From assembly GCF_008831285.2 (NCBI RefSeq), contig NC_045138.2, positions 18,786,001 through 18,850,000 of the forward strand: a stretch of 64,000 nucleotides of DNA. The letters run 5' to 3'. This DNA comes from Nymphaea colorata (lineage: Eukaryota). The translations under genes were made by a program, and so were the position numbers. Below the pieces are notes generated by a model. That model did no database searches. It saw nothing but the letters and a program-made list of their open reading frames with translations, and was not told the origin of the DNA. This document shows positions 51,776 through 64,000 of this stretch, piece after piece (the stretch's first letter is position 1; each line of letters begins with the position of its first letter).

Positions 51776-53215
51776 TCAAGACGCCCCCTGTTTCACGGCT
51801 AACACAGAAAATAGGGTCTGAATAAATGTTAAAACCAGTAAGACAATGGCAGCAAGTAGAGACAGAATGGACCATGGGTTGTGGAAGTAGTTTCGCTTCA
51901 AATATGCTCTCGCCGCATTCCAATCTGAGGCAACATAAGACTGCAATTGCCTATAGAGTTCATCATCTAGGCAGTCTATAATGCCATCGCCCAACTTGTT
52001 GAAGACCTTTGCAGCATCCTCGTCACTGCCAAGAAAGTTCCTCACAATCCCTTTAGAGCACAGCAGACTCACGTCCTCAGCAGTGTCTATCAATTCGTCC
52101 ATGAAGGACACATATGATGTCACCACATGATTCCCAATCAGTTTTGGGTGCATCCTTTCGAAGGCCATCAAGTTCATGTATATTGCTGCTGTATGGTCAT
52201 CTATGCTGATGTATGGAATAGTAAGCACTCCCTGTTTTTTATCGAATGTAATTTTTAACCCACTGTGTCTTTTCGCTTTCTTGAACTCAATGCCTGCTTC
52301 ATGAAACCTCATTGCAGATCGCATGTTTCCTGGTTTGGAAACTTGTTTGCCTAAAAGCCTACAGACCAAGATGGGGATGGCGAGGGGCATACGCTTAATT
52401 CCTTTGCCGATGACGTTCAGCCATGGGTCGCATTGCAAGAAAACAGGCTTGATAAAGCCTTCCACAGAAAAGGTTGGCTGTTCTTCCGTTGGTCTGCCCC
52501 GTATCAAGCACTTCCTGTAAATGTCTAAAATGTGTAAACCAGGTCCATCAATCGGGAGGGGTTTGAAGCCATAACGTTTGCAGATCAAGTCATTGAGATA
52601 TGCGTCATTGTTGATCTCTCCCCTTTGCACTACATCGAGCAATTTTCTTAGGACAAGGAGTGGGATTTGGTTTTCTAGCAACAACATGTCTCGAAAAACC
52701 ACAGTATGTGTGAGCCTCCCGTTTATGCTGAAGATGGGCTCATCATTCTCCTTTAAGTGGCGACTACGTAGGACTTCAAGAATGAAACACCCATCAAGCA
52801 ACATCATTCTTAGAAATGAATCTGATGGCAATTTCGGATCGATATCATCGTAGCTGTCCCTAATTTCTTGCTCTACTTGCTTCAAAGAGCTCACAAGATT
52901 AGAGAGTGAAACCTGCCTCCTTGCTAGGATGCCATATAAGGCTCTTTCTTTGTGATCCTCCATGGGCTGTAAGTGCTCCTTCCAATAGTGGTAGGGACCA
53001 AGGGATGCCATTTGAGGGGTGTGAAGCCAGATGACGTCTGATGCAATGACAAGGTCGTTAGGCCATTTGTAGACGGACGTCTTCGCCAACCTTGTGTGAT
53101 ATGCAGATGGGTCATACAACTCGAAATTTTGTTGGATGACAACCACCCACGAGTCCTTGTTCTCCTTCTTCTCTTCTGAAGTTGTTGCTGCATTTCTATG
53201 TGCCATGGTTATCAT
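51776..53215 (-). CDS. DUF247 / UPF0481 family protein (copy E), intronless, ~479 aa (alternative ATG at 53206)
   Basis: Single ORF with SLGPYHY, MMLLDGCFIL, DMLLLENQIP, RSAMRFHEAGI, NLMAFE, FMDELIDTAEDV, NFLGSDE and a C-terminal TM segment (YFHNPWSILSLLAAIVLLVLTFIQT). The track start at 53254 is TTG; the first ATG is 53215. Confidence 0.92.
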   Translation of the reverse strand: MITMAHRNAATTSEEKKENKDSWVVVIQQNFELYDPSAYHTRLAKTSVYKWPNDLVIASDVIWLHTPQMASLGPYHYWKEHLQPMEDHKERALYGILARRQVSLSNLVSSLKQVEQEIRDSYDDIDPKLPSDSFLRMMLLDGCFILEVLRSRHLKENDEPIFSINGRLTHTVVFRDMLLLENQIPLLVLRKLLDVVQRGEINNDAYLNDLICKRYGFKPLPIDGPGLHILDIYRKCLIRGRPTEEQPTFSVEGFIKPVFLQCDPWLNVIGKGIKRMPLAIPILVCRLLGKQVSKPGNMRSAMRFHEAGIEFKKAKRHSGLKITFDKKQGVLTIPYISIDDHTAAIYMNLMAFERMHPKLIGNHVVTSYVSFMDELIDTAEDVSLLCSKGIVRNFLGSDEDAAKVFNKLGDGIIDCLDDELYRQLQSYVASDWNAARAYLKRNYFHNPWSILSLLAAIVLLVLTFIQTLFSVLAVKQGAS

Positions 53216-54217
53216 GAAAAAAGACAGTAAAAGTAGAAGACTTAGCGAAACCAAATGAAAGAGAACTTATCTGAAAAAGTGTGGTAGGCAAGGCCACATG
53301 AGAAGAGAGGAAAATTATTGGAGAAACAAGAAAGACTGATCATGCTTTCCTGTGATATGAAGAAGCCAAACACTTACAAACATTTGATAGGAAGATCTTC
53401 ACATGATCCTTAATGTAAACCTTCACGTTCTATTTAGTCAATAATAATATAAAAAATGATAATTTTATCATTAAAATTATTTAATTATTATTGAACCATT
53501 GCATTGCTTCATGTGTTGTGAGGAGACAAGACCTTCCCTATCCTTCCTCCACCCTTATTAATTATTTGGTGTGTGTGAGAGTAGGTTTGCATTTCTACTC
53601 GTATGCTTTGAATGTTTGGTTGCTATTATTGATGGTATGCTTTTCGGGTGTGTTGTGCAAAGTCCTATATTTTCAAACGAATATAATTAAATATAAGCAT
53701 GTGTGTGTGTGTGTGTGTGTGTATAGTGCTTGTTTATTTTTATAATGTATTGAGACCAATCAAACTAAATATTAAATATGTACTAAAATTAAAGGGGTGG
53801 TTGAGTAGAATGTTAGGACTAATAGAAAGAGTAAATGAGATATAAGGATGGAGGAAACCAGAGTCACTCTCTTTCTTTTGGGTTCGGATGAGAATTTTGA
53901 GACTATCAAAAATGACTTATTAAGCTTGAGTAAACAGCAATTTAGCATTCTACTTGCTGTTATCGTAGTGGGAAGACTTCTGTAGCAAAAAGATTGGAGA
54001 GAGATAAGATACCTTCCATTTTCTTGCTGCATTCTCGGTTGAAGTCTAAGTTGAGGATAGTGACGTGTTCTCCTATTATCTCAGCCAAGAAGTGTTAGAG
54101 AAGGAAGCTAGTGGACTGCTGATTTAGATTCAAGTCATCTTTGCTCAGGTAAGTGCTCTACTTAGTTTGGGTTGACAATCTTGAACATAAAGATATGGTT
54201 ATGTGCAAAACTCTATG

Positions 54218-54285
54218 TTGTAATCTGGATGTATATGATTATCTATGTGTATTGTAATCTGGATGTATATGATTATCTATGTGTA
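54218..54285. repeat. Perfect 34-bp tandem duplication
   Basis: ttgtaatctggatgtatatgattatctatgtgta x2. Confidence 0.9.
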
Positions 54286-56979
54286 GGTCAACTAGGACGG
54301 CCTCTGTCTATAAATTCCTCAAGTACGTATTTAGAAACAACAACAACTCACGTTTGGACATCTATGCAGTTTTGAATATGCTATGATTTGAAAACATTTT
54401 ACTATGAGTGGACTTGAATATGAGCTAGTATTTAGAAAGTATATGTCTTAGTTGTTTTAGACATATTTGAAGCAGGAGCTATTTTTTCTTGGAAATGGAT
54501 GTTTTGGCTGTTTTAAATGAATTTGAATTTGGGTATATATATATATATATATAGGAAAAAGGGAATTGCATGTTGTAGTTGTCATGAGCTTATTTGGATT
54601 TGGATCTGACTTGCTTCACAAATATATTGGTTGCGGCTCATATTAAATCTGGATTTGAATCTATCTCATTTTAAAAGTAGATATTTTAATTATGGTGAGT
54701 GAGTTTGAAATAAGACCTATACTAGAAGTTGTCAATTGATTTTGGATTTGGATGATTTAAAGATGCATATGTTTAATTACTTCAATTGTTTAAATAGATC
54801 TAGACTCGGATCTAGTTCCTCCTATAGGGTTAAAAACTACGACAGTTCATCAGTTTTGTGGTTCTGAAATTAAAAAAAAAATGTAATAACAAACCACCGA
54901 TAATTGAATCAGTAGTTATAAACACGTATTTTTTATGTCTTCATTGAGCCCTTTTTGTGTAACTTCATTTGGATACGAGGTCTAGTTTATTTTATATGCA
55001 TTTACTTGCATTTTATTGTTTCAAATGCATGAGAATATGGAATTTGACTTGTTAAACACTTATATTTATGGCTGTTGATGATTTTATATATATCCACACC
55101 TGGATTTGACTTGTCTTTAAAGTTGTATATTGCATCATGCGTACATTATTGTGACTTTGCTAAATGATGCACATGAATCGGATGTGAATCATGTCATAAT
55201 GTTGTATTTTCCTCATTTAGCATATACATTTATGCATGATTCATGATTGCAAGGAAATTTATGTTTGGATCTCGGTTAGCTTGAGATCTGTATGTCTTAT
55301 GCGTTTGTTTTTCATGAAATTTTATGAATTTGCTTGACTTAATATTTGAGATCTAGACTTACGTGCTAATGAATGAGATGCATGTGCTTGTGATGTGAAC
55401 ATGTGACCGGAATTGAACTTCATAGTCAAAAACTTATATTATTATGCCGTGTGCTCGAGATTATGTATTCAGCACATAAAATTAATGAACTATATATATG
55501 CACACTGCATGTGTGCTTGAATATCTGAACCAAGTAATGGATGCACATGATCATTAATACATGTCTTGTCTGCCCTTAAATGGTCTGAATCACAAGTAAT
55601 AAATGCTCGTGTAGCGCCCACAGTTTGTCAGCAGGAGAAACATAAATAATGGTTGCATGACAAATAATAGTATTGCAAGCATTTATACATACATTTTTCA
55701 TGTCTGTACTGAGGATACATGCTATTATAAAATGCTTCATCTTTCATGTGCATATCTGATATTGCGGACAAATATTTAATCTCATGATTTCAGGTTTAAT
55801 AATACAAATTAAAATTTGGATTGCTGACCATGAATGTTAGAATAAATTAATGATAGGCATCATTTTAAGAACTTCTCTAAATGAACTCTCTACAAAAGAT
55901 TGCAGTGATCCAGACGGGACTAAAGTGCTGTATAAATATTTGCTAGATGAAAATAAAGGCATACTAACAGCTACAAACGAGGCGAGCCGTCGTACCACGA
56001 TTAATTGCAGTCAATTGTCACGTTACAAGTTAGTCCCTGATCAGTCGTACCAGAGTGTTGGACAGGCGATGGACCAGACCTGGACAGGCTCCCTTGGCTT
56101 GGCCTGGTCATGATCAATTAATTAATGGCCATTAAATTCGTGCGAGCAAATATGCATGTAGATACTTAAGTAATTCATGCCGTTGTGCATCTGGGATCGC
56201 TCGGCGTATCGGTCTCTAATTAACTTTCTAATATCTAACAAGTTCTTTTGCATTTGTATGCTTATTTATAGATTGTGCAGGTAGACTTTTATGAAAATTA
56301 TCATCAATAATGTAGTAACAAAAAATGGCAAGATTACCACAAACTTGGTGCAGTTGACAAGAAATTCTGATTTCCATTCACTCCAGTCCATTTTTAGAAA
56401 CCTTTCATTCAGTTCAAATGTCAATTATAATTTGAATTTAATGCAATTGGCTTCCTCCGCTCCACTTCTCATATCCATGTACTCTTGTAATCAAATTTAC
56501 ATTGAAAACACGCATATCTGGGCAGTGCAATTGCATACAATGGTAAAATTACACCTTCAAAAATCAAACTCCATAGTTTTTATGGCAGGGGGATCACCCC
56601 CCATCCATTAAGGAACAACAAATAGAAAGAAAGTTAAAGAATATGCCAAAAAAGGCCTTATATAGACGATTAGACCTAGATACACTTGTCGCTCGAGCAA
56701 GGAAACAGCCTCTATCGACAGACTCTCATGACAGGCAGTTAATTTCTGAAACAGCCTGACGATCTCAAGAGGAAAACCTGGCAAGAATCACCCCGGGATT
56801 ACGGGCTGCAGGTGTACACAACCAACGGTTCTACTATTGAACTTCAACACAATCATATATAACTTTCTCTGGCCTTGAGGGGCATAGTATAGTTGGTTGG
56901 ATTGGCTTTATAGTGAAAGTTCAACCATCAGATTTATTCTCGTAGCGCTATTCATTTGGCTGTTCATTTGGACAAGAAG

Positions 56980-57240
56980 TAGGGGTGGGCATCGGGCTGG
57001 CCGGGCTGCCCGGCTCGACCCAGTCCGTTTAAAAATAAAAAACATTTTTTAATCATAAAATAATGTTTTTAAATATAAAATATATTTATTAATAATAAAT
57101 ATATATTATTAAAACAAAAAAATTAATATATATATATATATATATATATTAAACTTAAATGAGCCGAACCGAGCCGGGCCGAGCTATCGGGCCCAAGCCC
57201 AAACCGGCCCCGCAGCGACCTGGCCTGATGCCCACCCTTA
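56980..57240. mobile_element. hAT-type MITE, 261 bp
   Basis: TIRs TAGGGGTGGGCATC / GATGCCCACCCTTA. 8-bp TSD acaagaag / acaggaag (7/8). GC-rich ccggg/cccaa subterminal motifs around an AT-rich core. Confidence 0.88.
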
Positions 57241-58944
57241 ACAGGAAGCGGTCTAAACTTCTCTACCACCTAGGTCATCAAACAGTCGTAGACTTGATGC
57301 CACTAAAAATGAAAAGGAACTTCGGCCTCTTTGGGTACCTCCTTTTCCTCCACAATAAAACTTCTTATTAACATCCAAACTAACTAAACATTTTCGAAAA
57401 TCACCTTGCATCTAGTTTCGCATTAACATCCTTCCCCTCATCCTTCCACCGAATGCTGTACAGACCTTCCCCTCATCATTCTCCACAAAAGCCAAGTACT
57501 CTACCATGCAGCCTACTGTTCCTTTAATAGATATGCCAAGATGGGCTAAAGTTCATAGTATTTAGCCAAAATTTTAATGGCAAAATCGATCAGCAGTAGC
57601 CGATCACATCTGCCTCGTGATAACTTCCACATGTGAATGCCAGACCTCATTTTCTGTGAGAAAAGTGGGCCCCTTTCCTCTTCCTAAGGCACGTGGCTGG
57701 TGTTTTCTTCCATTAGCATGCCAGTCAGTTCCTTCTAGAAGGCCTCATTCTTCTAGAAGTCTGGCCATGTGCTTTTTAGGTATTGCGGTCTTGCCGGCAG
57801 CCAGGCAAAATAGGAGCCGGCGGAGGCATAGTGCCACCAGTATTTTGAAAAGTTTTAGGACACAGCCATTTTATTTAAAAGAAGCACCATTCGTCCACCA
57901 TAGACTTTTTTGAAGATGAAAATGATCTCTTATTGTGTGTGGCCGGGGACATTGATACACTTTTCGGCTTCTAAGGTGTGGTCTTAAAACTCTTGTTTGA
58001 TTAGGGAGCAAAGCATGCTTTGTAACCGTTCTTTTCTGAAACACTACAGACCACATTTTGCTGCTTGCTTTTCATTTCCAAGGATCATGAGGTTTCCCAT
58101 CTTTTTCCGGCGTTCCGTCCCTGTTACTGACATCTTAAGAATTAAAGGAGACAGCCTTTTGTCGTTGGCCCGTCTCTCCGATCAACTAGCTTTGTTATGT
58201 CCGTGGTGGTGGCTGCCAATGTGGTTGCGTTCGTATGCCCATATGTTCAATCTCTCTTGATCCATTTCACGGCTCAGCCCTTCACCCTCAATGTTGCGAT
58301 CCTTTTTCATCTTTTGGCACACAATAAGCCTGCACTGGTTTGATCAACTAATTGATAACTTTAAATGGGCAATTGTCAACTAACTTACTTTAATGGACTT
58401 GTAGTGGGGGGGGAATGGGGAGGCTTCGGCCTTGCATTCTTTTGAAATAAGTCTGCAATCTAGCAGTGACCTTTCACCTTCCCCAAGTAGATTTGGTCCT
58501 CGAAAAGGCCGTGATCCAACATTAGCATTCAAAAATCTTGTAATGTAGGTATGAATCATAAAATTCTCCTCCCAAGGCTTCTTCGTTGGGGTTCAGCTAT
58601 ATTCGAAGATCTTTTAAAGGGGGAGAGAGAGAGGGACTCATTTTTCCAACTCACGGAAATACATGCACGTATAAATTATAAAAATAATAGACATCTGCAA
58701 TTGACGACATGCACAAGTATTAGGAAACCAAGTTTTTTTTTTTAAATATCTAATCATCTATCCAGGTTCATGTAGCTTAATATTTAATATTTGGTTTTGT
58801 TTTGACGGCCAATCAAAACTTATGTATGCTATTAATACTTATAATGAATATCTTGTAACAGTTCCTTAAAATAGGGAGACAACCCAACTATAATGACCTA
58901 TATATAAGACATTGACATACTCTACCGGTTCTAAGGCCGATGGC

Positions 58945-59230
58945 CCTTCTGTGGGTAAATAAAGTAGCGCTTCACGTTAAAATTTTCTCTTTTTAATATT
59001 ATTTTACGTTTTCAACATCGTATCATAGTAGGTTTTTGGTGTAGAAAATTTTTATGCTTCATTGCAGTCCTCCAAACGATCAAAAAATCGCTGGATTCTT
59101 CAATAAAGTAATGGCTTGATCAATTCTCACATGATCTCCACAACAAACTGAGAGACTCAGTAAGTGAATCGCCTTCCAGTCTGAGGGGGAACGAAAGAAG
59201 ATAATTCCTTGCGTTGGCAAGGATTATGTA
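58945..59230 (+). mobile_element. Degenerate Ty1/copia 3' remnant (same family as 13410-13650)
   Basis: Shares tagtaggtttttggtg, caataaagtaatggct.gatc, acaacaaactg and ttgcgttggcaaggattatg with the 13.5-kb copy. PPT-like tgaggggga present. Confidence 0.5.
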
Positions 59231-60182
59231 TGTGTGTATGTGCAGACACTGTCTTTTATTTCTTGCTTCTGACATTTACAGGAAATGCTCCTAGGCAACT
59301 ATGGAGGAGGAAATTGCTATAGTAGGAGTGCTAGTGAAGGCAAAATCTGAAAGAGAAGAGTTTAAGAGTAAGAGGTCACGATGAGAAAAAGGCATTCAAA
59401 TTTGTGCTGCGGCTGAATTGCTCATGTTTTTTCATCTCATAGTTTTGAAATGAAGGGCAGTGGAAGGCATGCTAGAAATTCAAACGCCCATGTCTTTTCA
59501 TCTCACTTTTATGTTTTATGTTATCCATCAGATTTCAACTCAAAGGAGATGGATACTGGTGCATCCAGTTCATATGGGATTCAAATCTGTTGTATATTGT
59601 TGGATCGCTCAGAGAGTTGCATGATGACTATTAAAGTACAAAATCCGCTTTTTAAAAACAATCGTTTTAGAGATATTGGTGATGCTTTTAGTAATATTTA
59701 TAGTGCTTTCTTTAACATATTTTAAATTTTTTACAAAACCTAGTGCCCCATAATGAAAAAGGGGGTTGGGGGTGGGGGAAATGGAAGAGAGACTCATTGT
59801 CCCAACTCATGGGAAATAAATGCACGTATAAAGTATAAAAAAATAGACATCAATAACGACGGCAGTTGGTCACATGCACAAGTACAGTAATTGATGTCAA
59901 TGGCGGTTGGTGATTTGTCTTTCTCAATAGTTGATGTAACCTGTGGTTGTCCATTACCTTTATCAAACACAAAACCCCTTATATCATTAACAGCGTGCAA
60001 TTTCGGCACCTGCAGAACATCAATTAGGATCGAATAAATTAATGAACGATCAAACTTCAATTATTTAGAACATATCTGTTCACCAAACGAACCACGATTC
60101 ACAATCTACACGAAGTTTCACATTTTCACTTTCCCTTTTAACAATTCCCCTGTAAGGCAACGATTTTGGAAAAAAGAATACA

Positions 60183-62357
60183 TCAAGAGGGCCCAGATCC
60201 TAAGAATAGGTAATATCACTAGCCACTTTTCACCTATAACACAGAAAATAGGGTCTGAATAAATGTTAAAACCAATAAGACAATGGCTGCAAGTATAGAT
60301 AGAATAGACCACGGGGTTTGTGGAAGTAGTTTCGCGTCAAATATGCTCACTCCTCAGTACAATTTAAGCCGACGTAAGACCGTAGTTAGCGATGGAGAAG
60401 CTAGGGAGTTTGGATGACATTAAAACTAAATCTCTTGGAAACCTAATTTTCAGAAATCGATGTTTTGATATGAAAAACCAGGTTTTGTTAAAACCAATTT
60501 GTTGAGGGTGTCATCCAAACGCCCCCTAAACAGTTCCTCGAAACAAATTTTCTTTTAAAACCAGATTTTAGCACCAAAAGTTAGGTTATAACCCAGCTAC
60601 ATACACTCTATATATCACTTTGTGCGCCTGGTGAGGTTCACCCGGTTTCCAAGCTATTTTGGGATTTTTGCTCTTTTTCTCAGCTAAGAAAAAAATGTTA
60701 AGATAATGCATCTCATCATGCCCATGTACATACAAGTATTTGTGGTTTCTGATTCAGATTGAGTTGTAGGCGTGAAAGAAATACTACATGAGTTGACTAC
60801 ACTTGAGAGATTAATTTGGTACATTCATATAGGGTAGAAAGGGGAACGCCCTTAAAGAAAGGCAAGGGAAATATCAGTATAAAGAGAATTTGTCTGTTTG
60901 TGAAGACCTCTAAGTTGATTAATAAAAAACATACTTGAATGTTTATTATAAAAGCATTGAACAGGGCTAATACTATTTTTAGTGCTTTGAAAAATTTGAA
61001 ATCTGATTGGTGAGAAAGAAATATCTCAATAATGATAGTTTGTGGACTAACAAAATGAAGGGTTCCGATTCGTAAGATGGAAGAATACTGATGGGGATGG
61101 GATGAAGGGCCGCATATTCTTTGCTGGACGTTTTCTGCAAGTAAATCCTCTGTTCTGCACATGTGCTTGTCGGTTAGATGCTACTTTTCCCTTGCAGCTG
61201 GGGGTTTAACTGAACAATTCATGGATTAATCATGTTTTTGAGAGCACGGTGGTAACGGTAGGCCCTGATAAATTGATGCCCATAAGATGACCAGAGTTTT
61301 TGTAGATTTCTAATCAAGTCAAGAAGCCTGAGGAGACTTCGCGTGTTCGAATAATCATTTTTTAATTATTTAGCAAATATGGGAATTTTAATTATTTAGC
61401 AAATAATTTTCAAAAGAAGATCATTAGTTTTGTTTTTCGAATTCTGTTCACATATGGGTACCGTCCACTTTTAGGGTTTTTTTTTTTTTTTTCTTTTGTA
61501 AATTTTGTTCCTTCATTGTCTGCTAATGAAACTGAGGGGTTACCCCACGGGTAAAGCCACATGTCGGCATTTGCCCATACAGTCTCACAAATTTTATTTA
61601 TTTTTATATTTGTGATTTCCAATAATTTGTTTATTCCTATATCGTAACCCTTAATTATTTGCCTTGTACCCTTTAACCATTTTATTATGTCTTATATGGG
61701 AGAATGTTTGAGCCCGTAATGACTGAAGATCAATTGATTGAGATGTGTCGTTATTGAATTCCTCCACCTAGATCTCTCTACCTCAAACAACTTTTTTAGG
61801 ACCAGAACAGGCGTTTGATTTCTAGCATCAGCGTATGAATCACAGTAATTGTAAGGATCCGATTCTTGCTGAAGACAACTTCATAGGGTTCCGAACAAAC
61901 TTGATTTGGGTCATCTACAGTTCCTAGGAGTTCAAGCATGAAACATCTATCAAGCAGCATCATTCTTAGAAATGAATTTGAGGACAATTCTAGATCAACA
62001 TTGTCATACGTATCCTTCAGTTCTTGCTGTATGCCCTTTAAGGGGTTAATGAAGCTACAAAGTTGGTCCTCTTGAGGTTCCTGTAGAGTGCGCTCTCCTT
62101 GAGGCGCTCCATAAGCAGCCGGTGGTTCTCCACGTGGTGGTAGGGATCGAAGGAACGATGCCATGTGAGGGGTGCGGTGTCAGTCATACCTGATGCAATA
62201 ACAAGGCCATTCGGCCATTTGTAGATGGACATTTTCCTTTGGAAATGAAGTAATATTGATCGCTATCAGGGTTCTATGCTCGGTATCTTTCTTCCACATG
62301 GATCACCCAGCGCTTGTTCCCCATCCACTTTAGCCGTTGCTGATGCATTTCTCTCAT
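60183..62357 (-). pseudogene. DUF247 pseudogene (copy F, paralog of E), split into two pieces
   Basis: 5' piece ~62357-61698 (SIYKWPNGLVIAS, DPYHH, SFLRMMLLDRCFMLE; several frameshifts). 3' piece ~60397-60183 (RNYFH..WSILSILAAIVLLVLTFIQTLFSVL*, with a frameshift and premature TAG). About 600 nt of middle CDS is replaced by 1.3 kb of unrelated DNA. Confidence 0.85.
60404..60526. mobile_element. Tourist/PIF-Harbinger-like MITE
   Basis: Terminal inverted gggagtttggatgaca / tgtcatccaaacgccccc with TA(A)-type flanks. Sits at the break of pseudogene F. Confidence 0.5.
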
Positions 62358-64000
62358 CCCGTCCTGTTGATCCCCCCTTCTCTCTCTCTCTGCGGCCTTC
62401 ATCTTTGCCTCACCTGTCATCGGTCGACTGACTCGACTCTATTGTTGTTCCCTGCCTCACCTGCTCGCTTTTTGCTTCGGAACAAAGAGGGAAACAGCAG
62501 AGAATTACAAAATAAGGGAACATGGAACAACAGTCTTTCAGTATAAAGCACATCTTAATTTGTTAATAATTAAAAAGGAAAGGACGCACTAAATGGCGCC
62601 CATCCACAGCAGAGGTAGAGTTGCCCCTATGGTGCTCTGCCTGCAAGAGGAAGCCATTGAAGACGGAGAGAGAGAGAGAGAGACCAAAGGAGGACAGAAA
62701 GAAGAAAGATTCCAAGCTGTTAAACTGATAAGCTGCAGCCCCACTGCAACAGTCACTTGAAACTGATCGACCCAATCTTTAACAAAAGCAAGATCAAGCA
62801 ACATAACTAGCCACAGTGAGCTAGAACATTGAAAACAAAGGGAACAAATAAAAAACGCACAAATCCGATTGGTTGACATGCCTGACTTGAGGATCTTGAT
62901 TGTTTTTTTTTACCGTATAGGCTTGCTGCCAATGATCTTATCCATGCCAGATTAACTACTGCAACCTTCTCATTTGAATAAGATTATCTAGGTGACGTCT
63001 GATGTGAAACGTTCTCTAAAGTTGATGGCTTATGGATCTTATGGAGTAATATCCTCTAATAAGGAAGGGATAATAAGCCACAGTATATTAGTTTACTTAC
63101 CGTAAGCCAAAATTGAGGCCATCTCACGATAGCAATGAGGAATGCCCTCTAACCATCACTGTATGAAATAAAACCCGATTAAAGCTGATTCTAAACTTTA
63201 GCAAATCAACTTTTTAGGAACAACAAGTAGACATAAAAATATAAACAGAACAGAACATGTGTTCATAAAAACACAAACAGAACAGTAAAGGTGCCTGAGC
63301 TAGATTTAGGTGAGGCTTTGCTACACCTCGTTCAGTTCAGTAAAAAGCATAAAAGCAGAAGCAGTTTCTATGTTTCTTATACTATAAAGCAGTAGTGTTT
63401 ATCGGCAGGTATGCATAGATTTATTTTTACAAACATGTTATCAATAAGATTGCAGATGGGACAGATCTGTTAGTATTTTTTGTTGTGATGTGCCTTATTA
63501 ATGTCTCAATGAAGTCTGCAAAAGCATACATGGAGCGGCCATGTGAGAAGTGACGACAGACTGGAATTGATCAATGGGAATGTTCATCCCATCCGGCTTT
63601 GTTTATGTACAGGACTTGTGGGAAGAAGTAGAGAGCTACGTAATCAATAAGGGAACATGGCAGACTCGACTAGTCTCACCATGAGTATGGGACGTCTAAG
63701 ATCATTCTAATTGGGTAGAAGATTATACCTCTACGGATGATTATTGGAGTTCGGGTGAGCAAAGCCCACTTGAGAAATCAACAAAGCCATGTTGCTAAAT
63801 GCCCTCATTGGTCTCACTATAAAATCGTCCATTACCATTTTAGCATAAGTAGCGTATAACAATCTTTGCAAGTTCACGAGCAAGGGAGTTTAATAACCAT
63901 GAAAGGAATATATTATTGCATCTAGCTCATAATGAACAATCCTTTCAAACAAAATCAGGTTTGGTTATTGTACCATCTATGAAGCCCAACAAATATTACA

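Noticed and set aside
53990..55800. Possible Ty3/gypsy LTR remnant (caggtaagtg, tgcat-rich)
   Set aside because: Composition only; no TG..CA ends, TSD, PBS or coding motif could be established.

Overview
Plant (angiosperm) nuclear DNA; no prokaryotic, CRISPR, rRNA or tRNA features seen. The left end carries two housekeeping genes on the minus strand: an intronless PRP28/DDX23-type DEAD-box helicase (RH21-like) and a 3-exon 20S proteasome beta type-2 (PBD) gene. The PBD gene appears to have an in-frame 3-codon deletion in a conserved motif. Most of the window is a dynamic cluster of DUF247/UPF0481 genes: three intact-looking copies (A 16950-18663 +, B 21101-23359 -, E 51776-53215 -), one exon-1-only copy cut by a young inverted duplication (C), one small fragment next to a ~154-bp hairpin (D) and one decayed pseudogene (F). 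Interspersed are a frameshifted Novel Plant SNARE (NPSN) pseudogene, an orphan cytochrome P450 3' exon, hAT-type non-autonomous elements with 8-bp TSDs, LINE and Ty1/copia remnants, and many local direct, inverted and tandem duplications. All alignments and counts were done by eye; no database searches were run.
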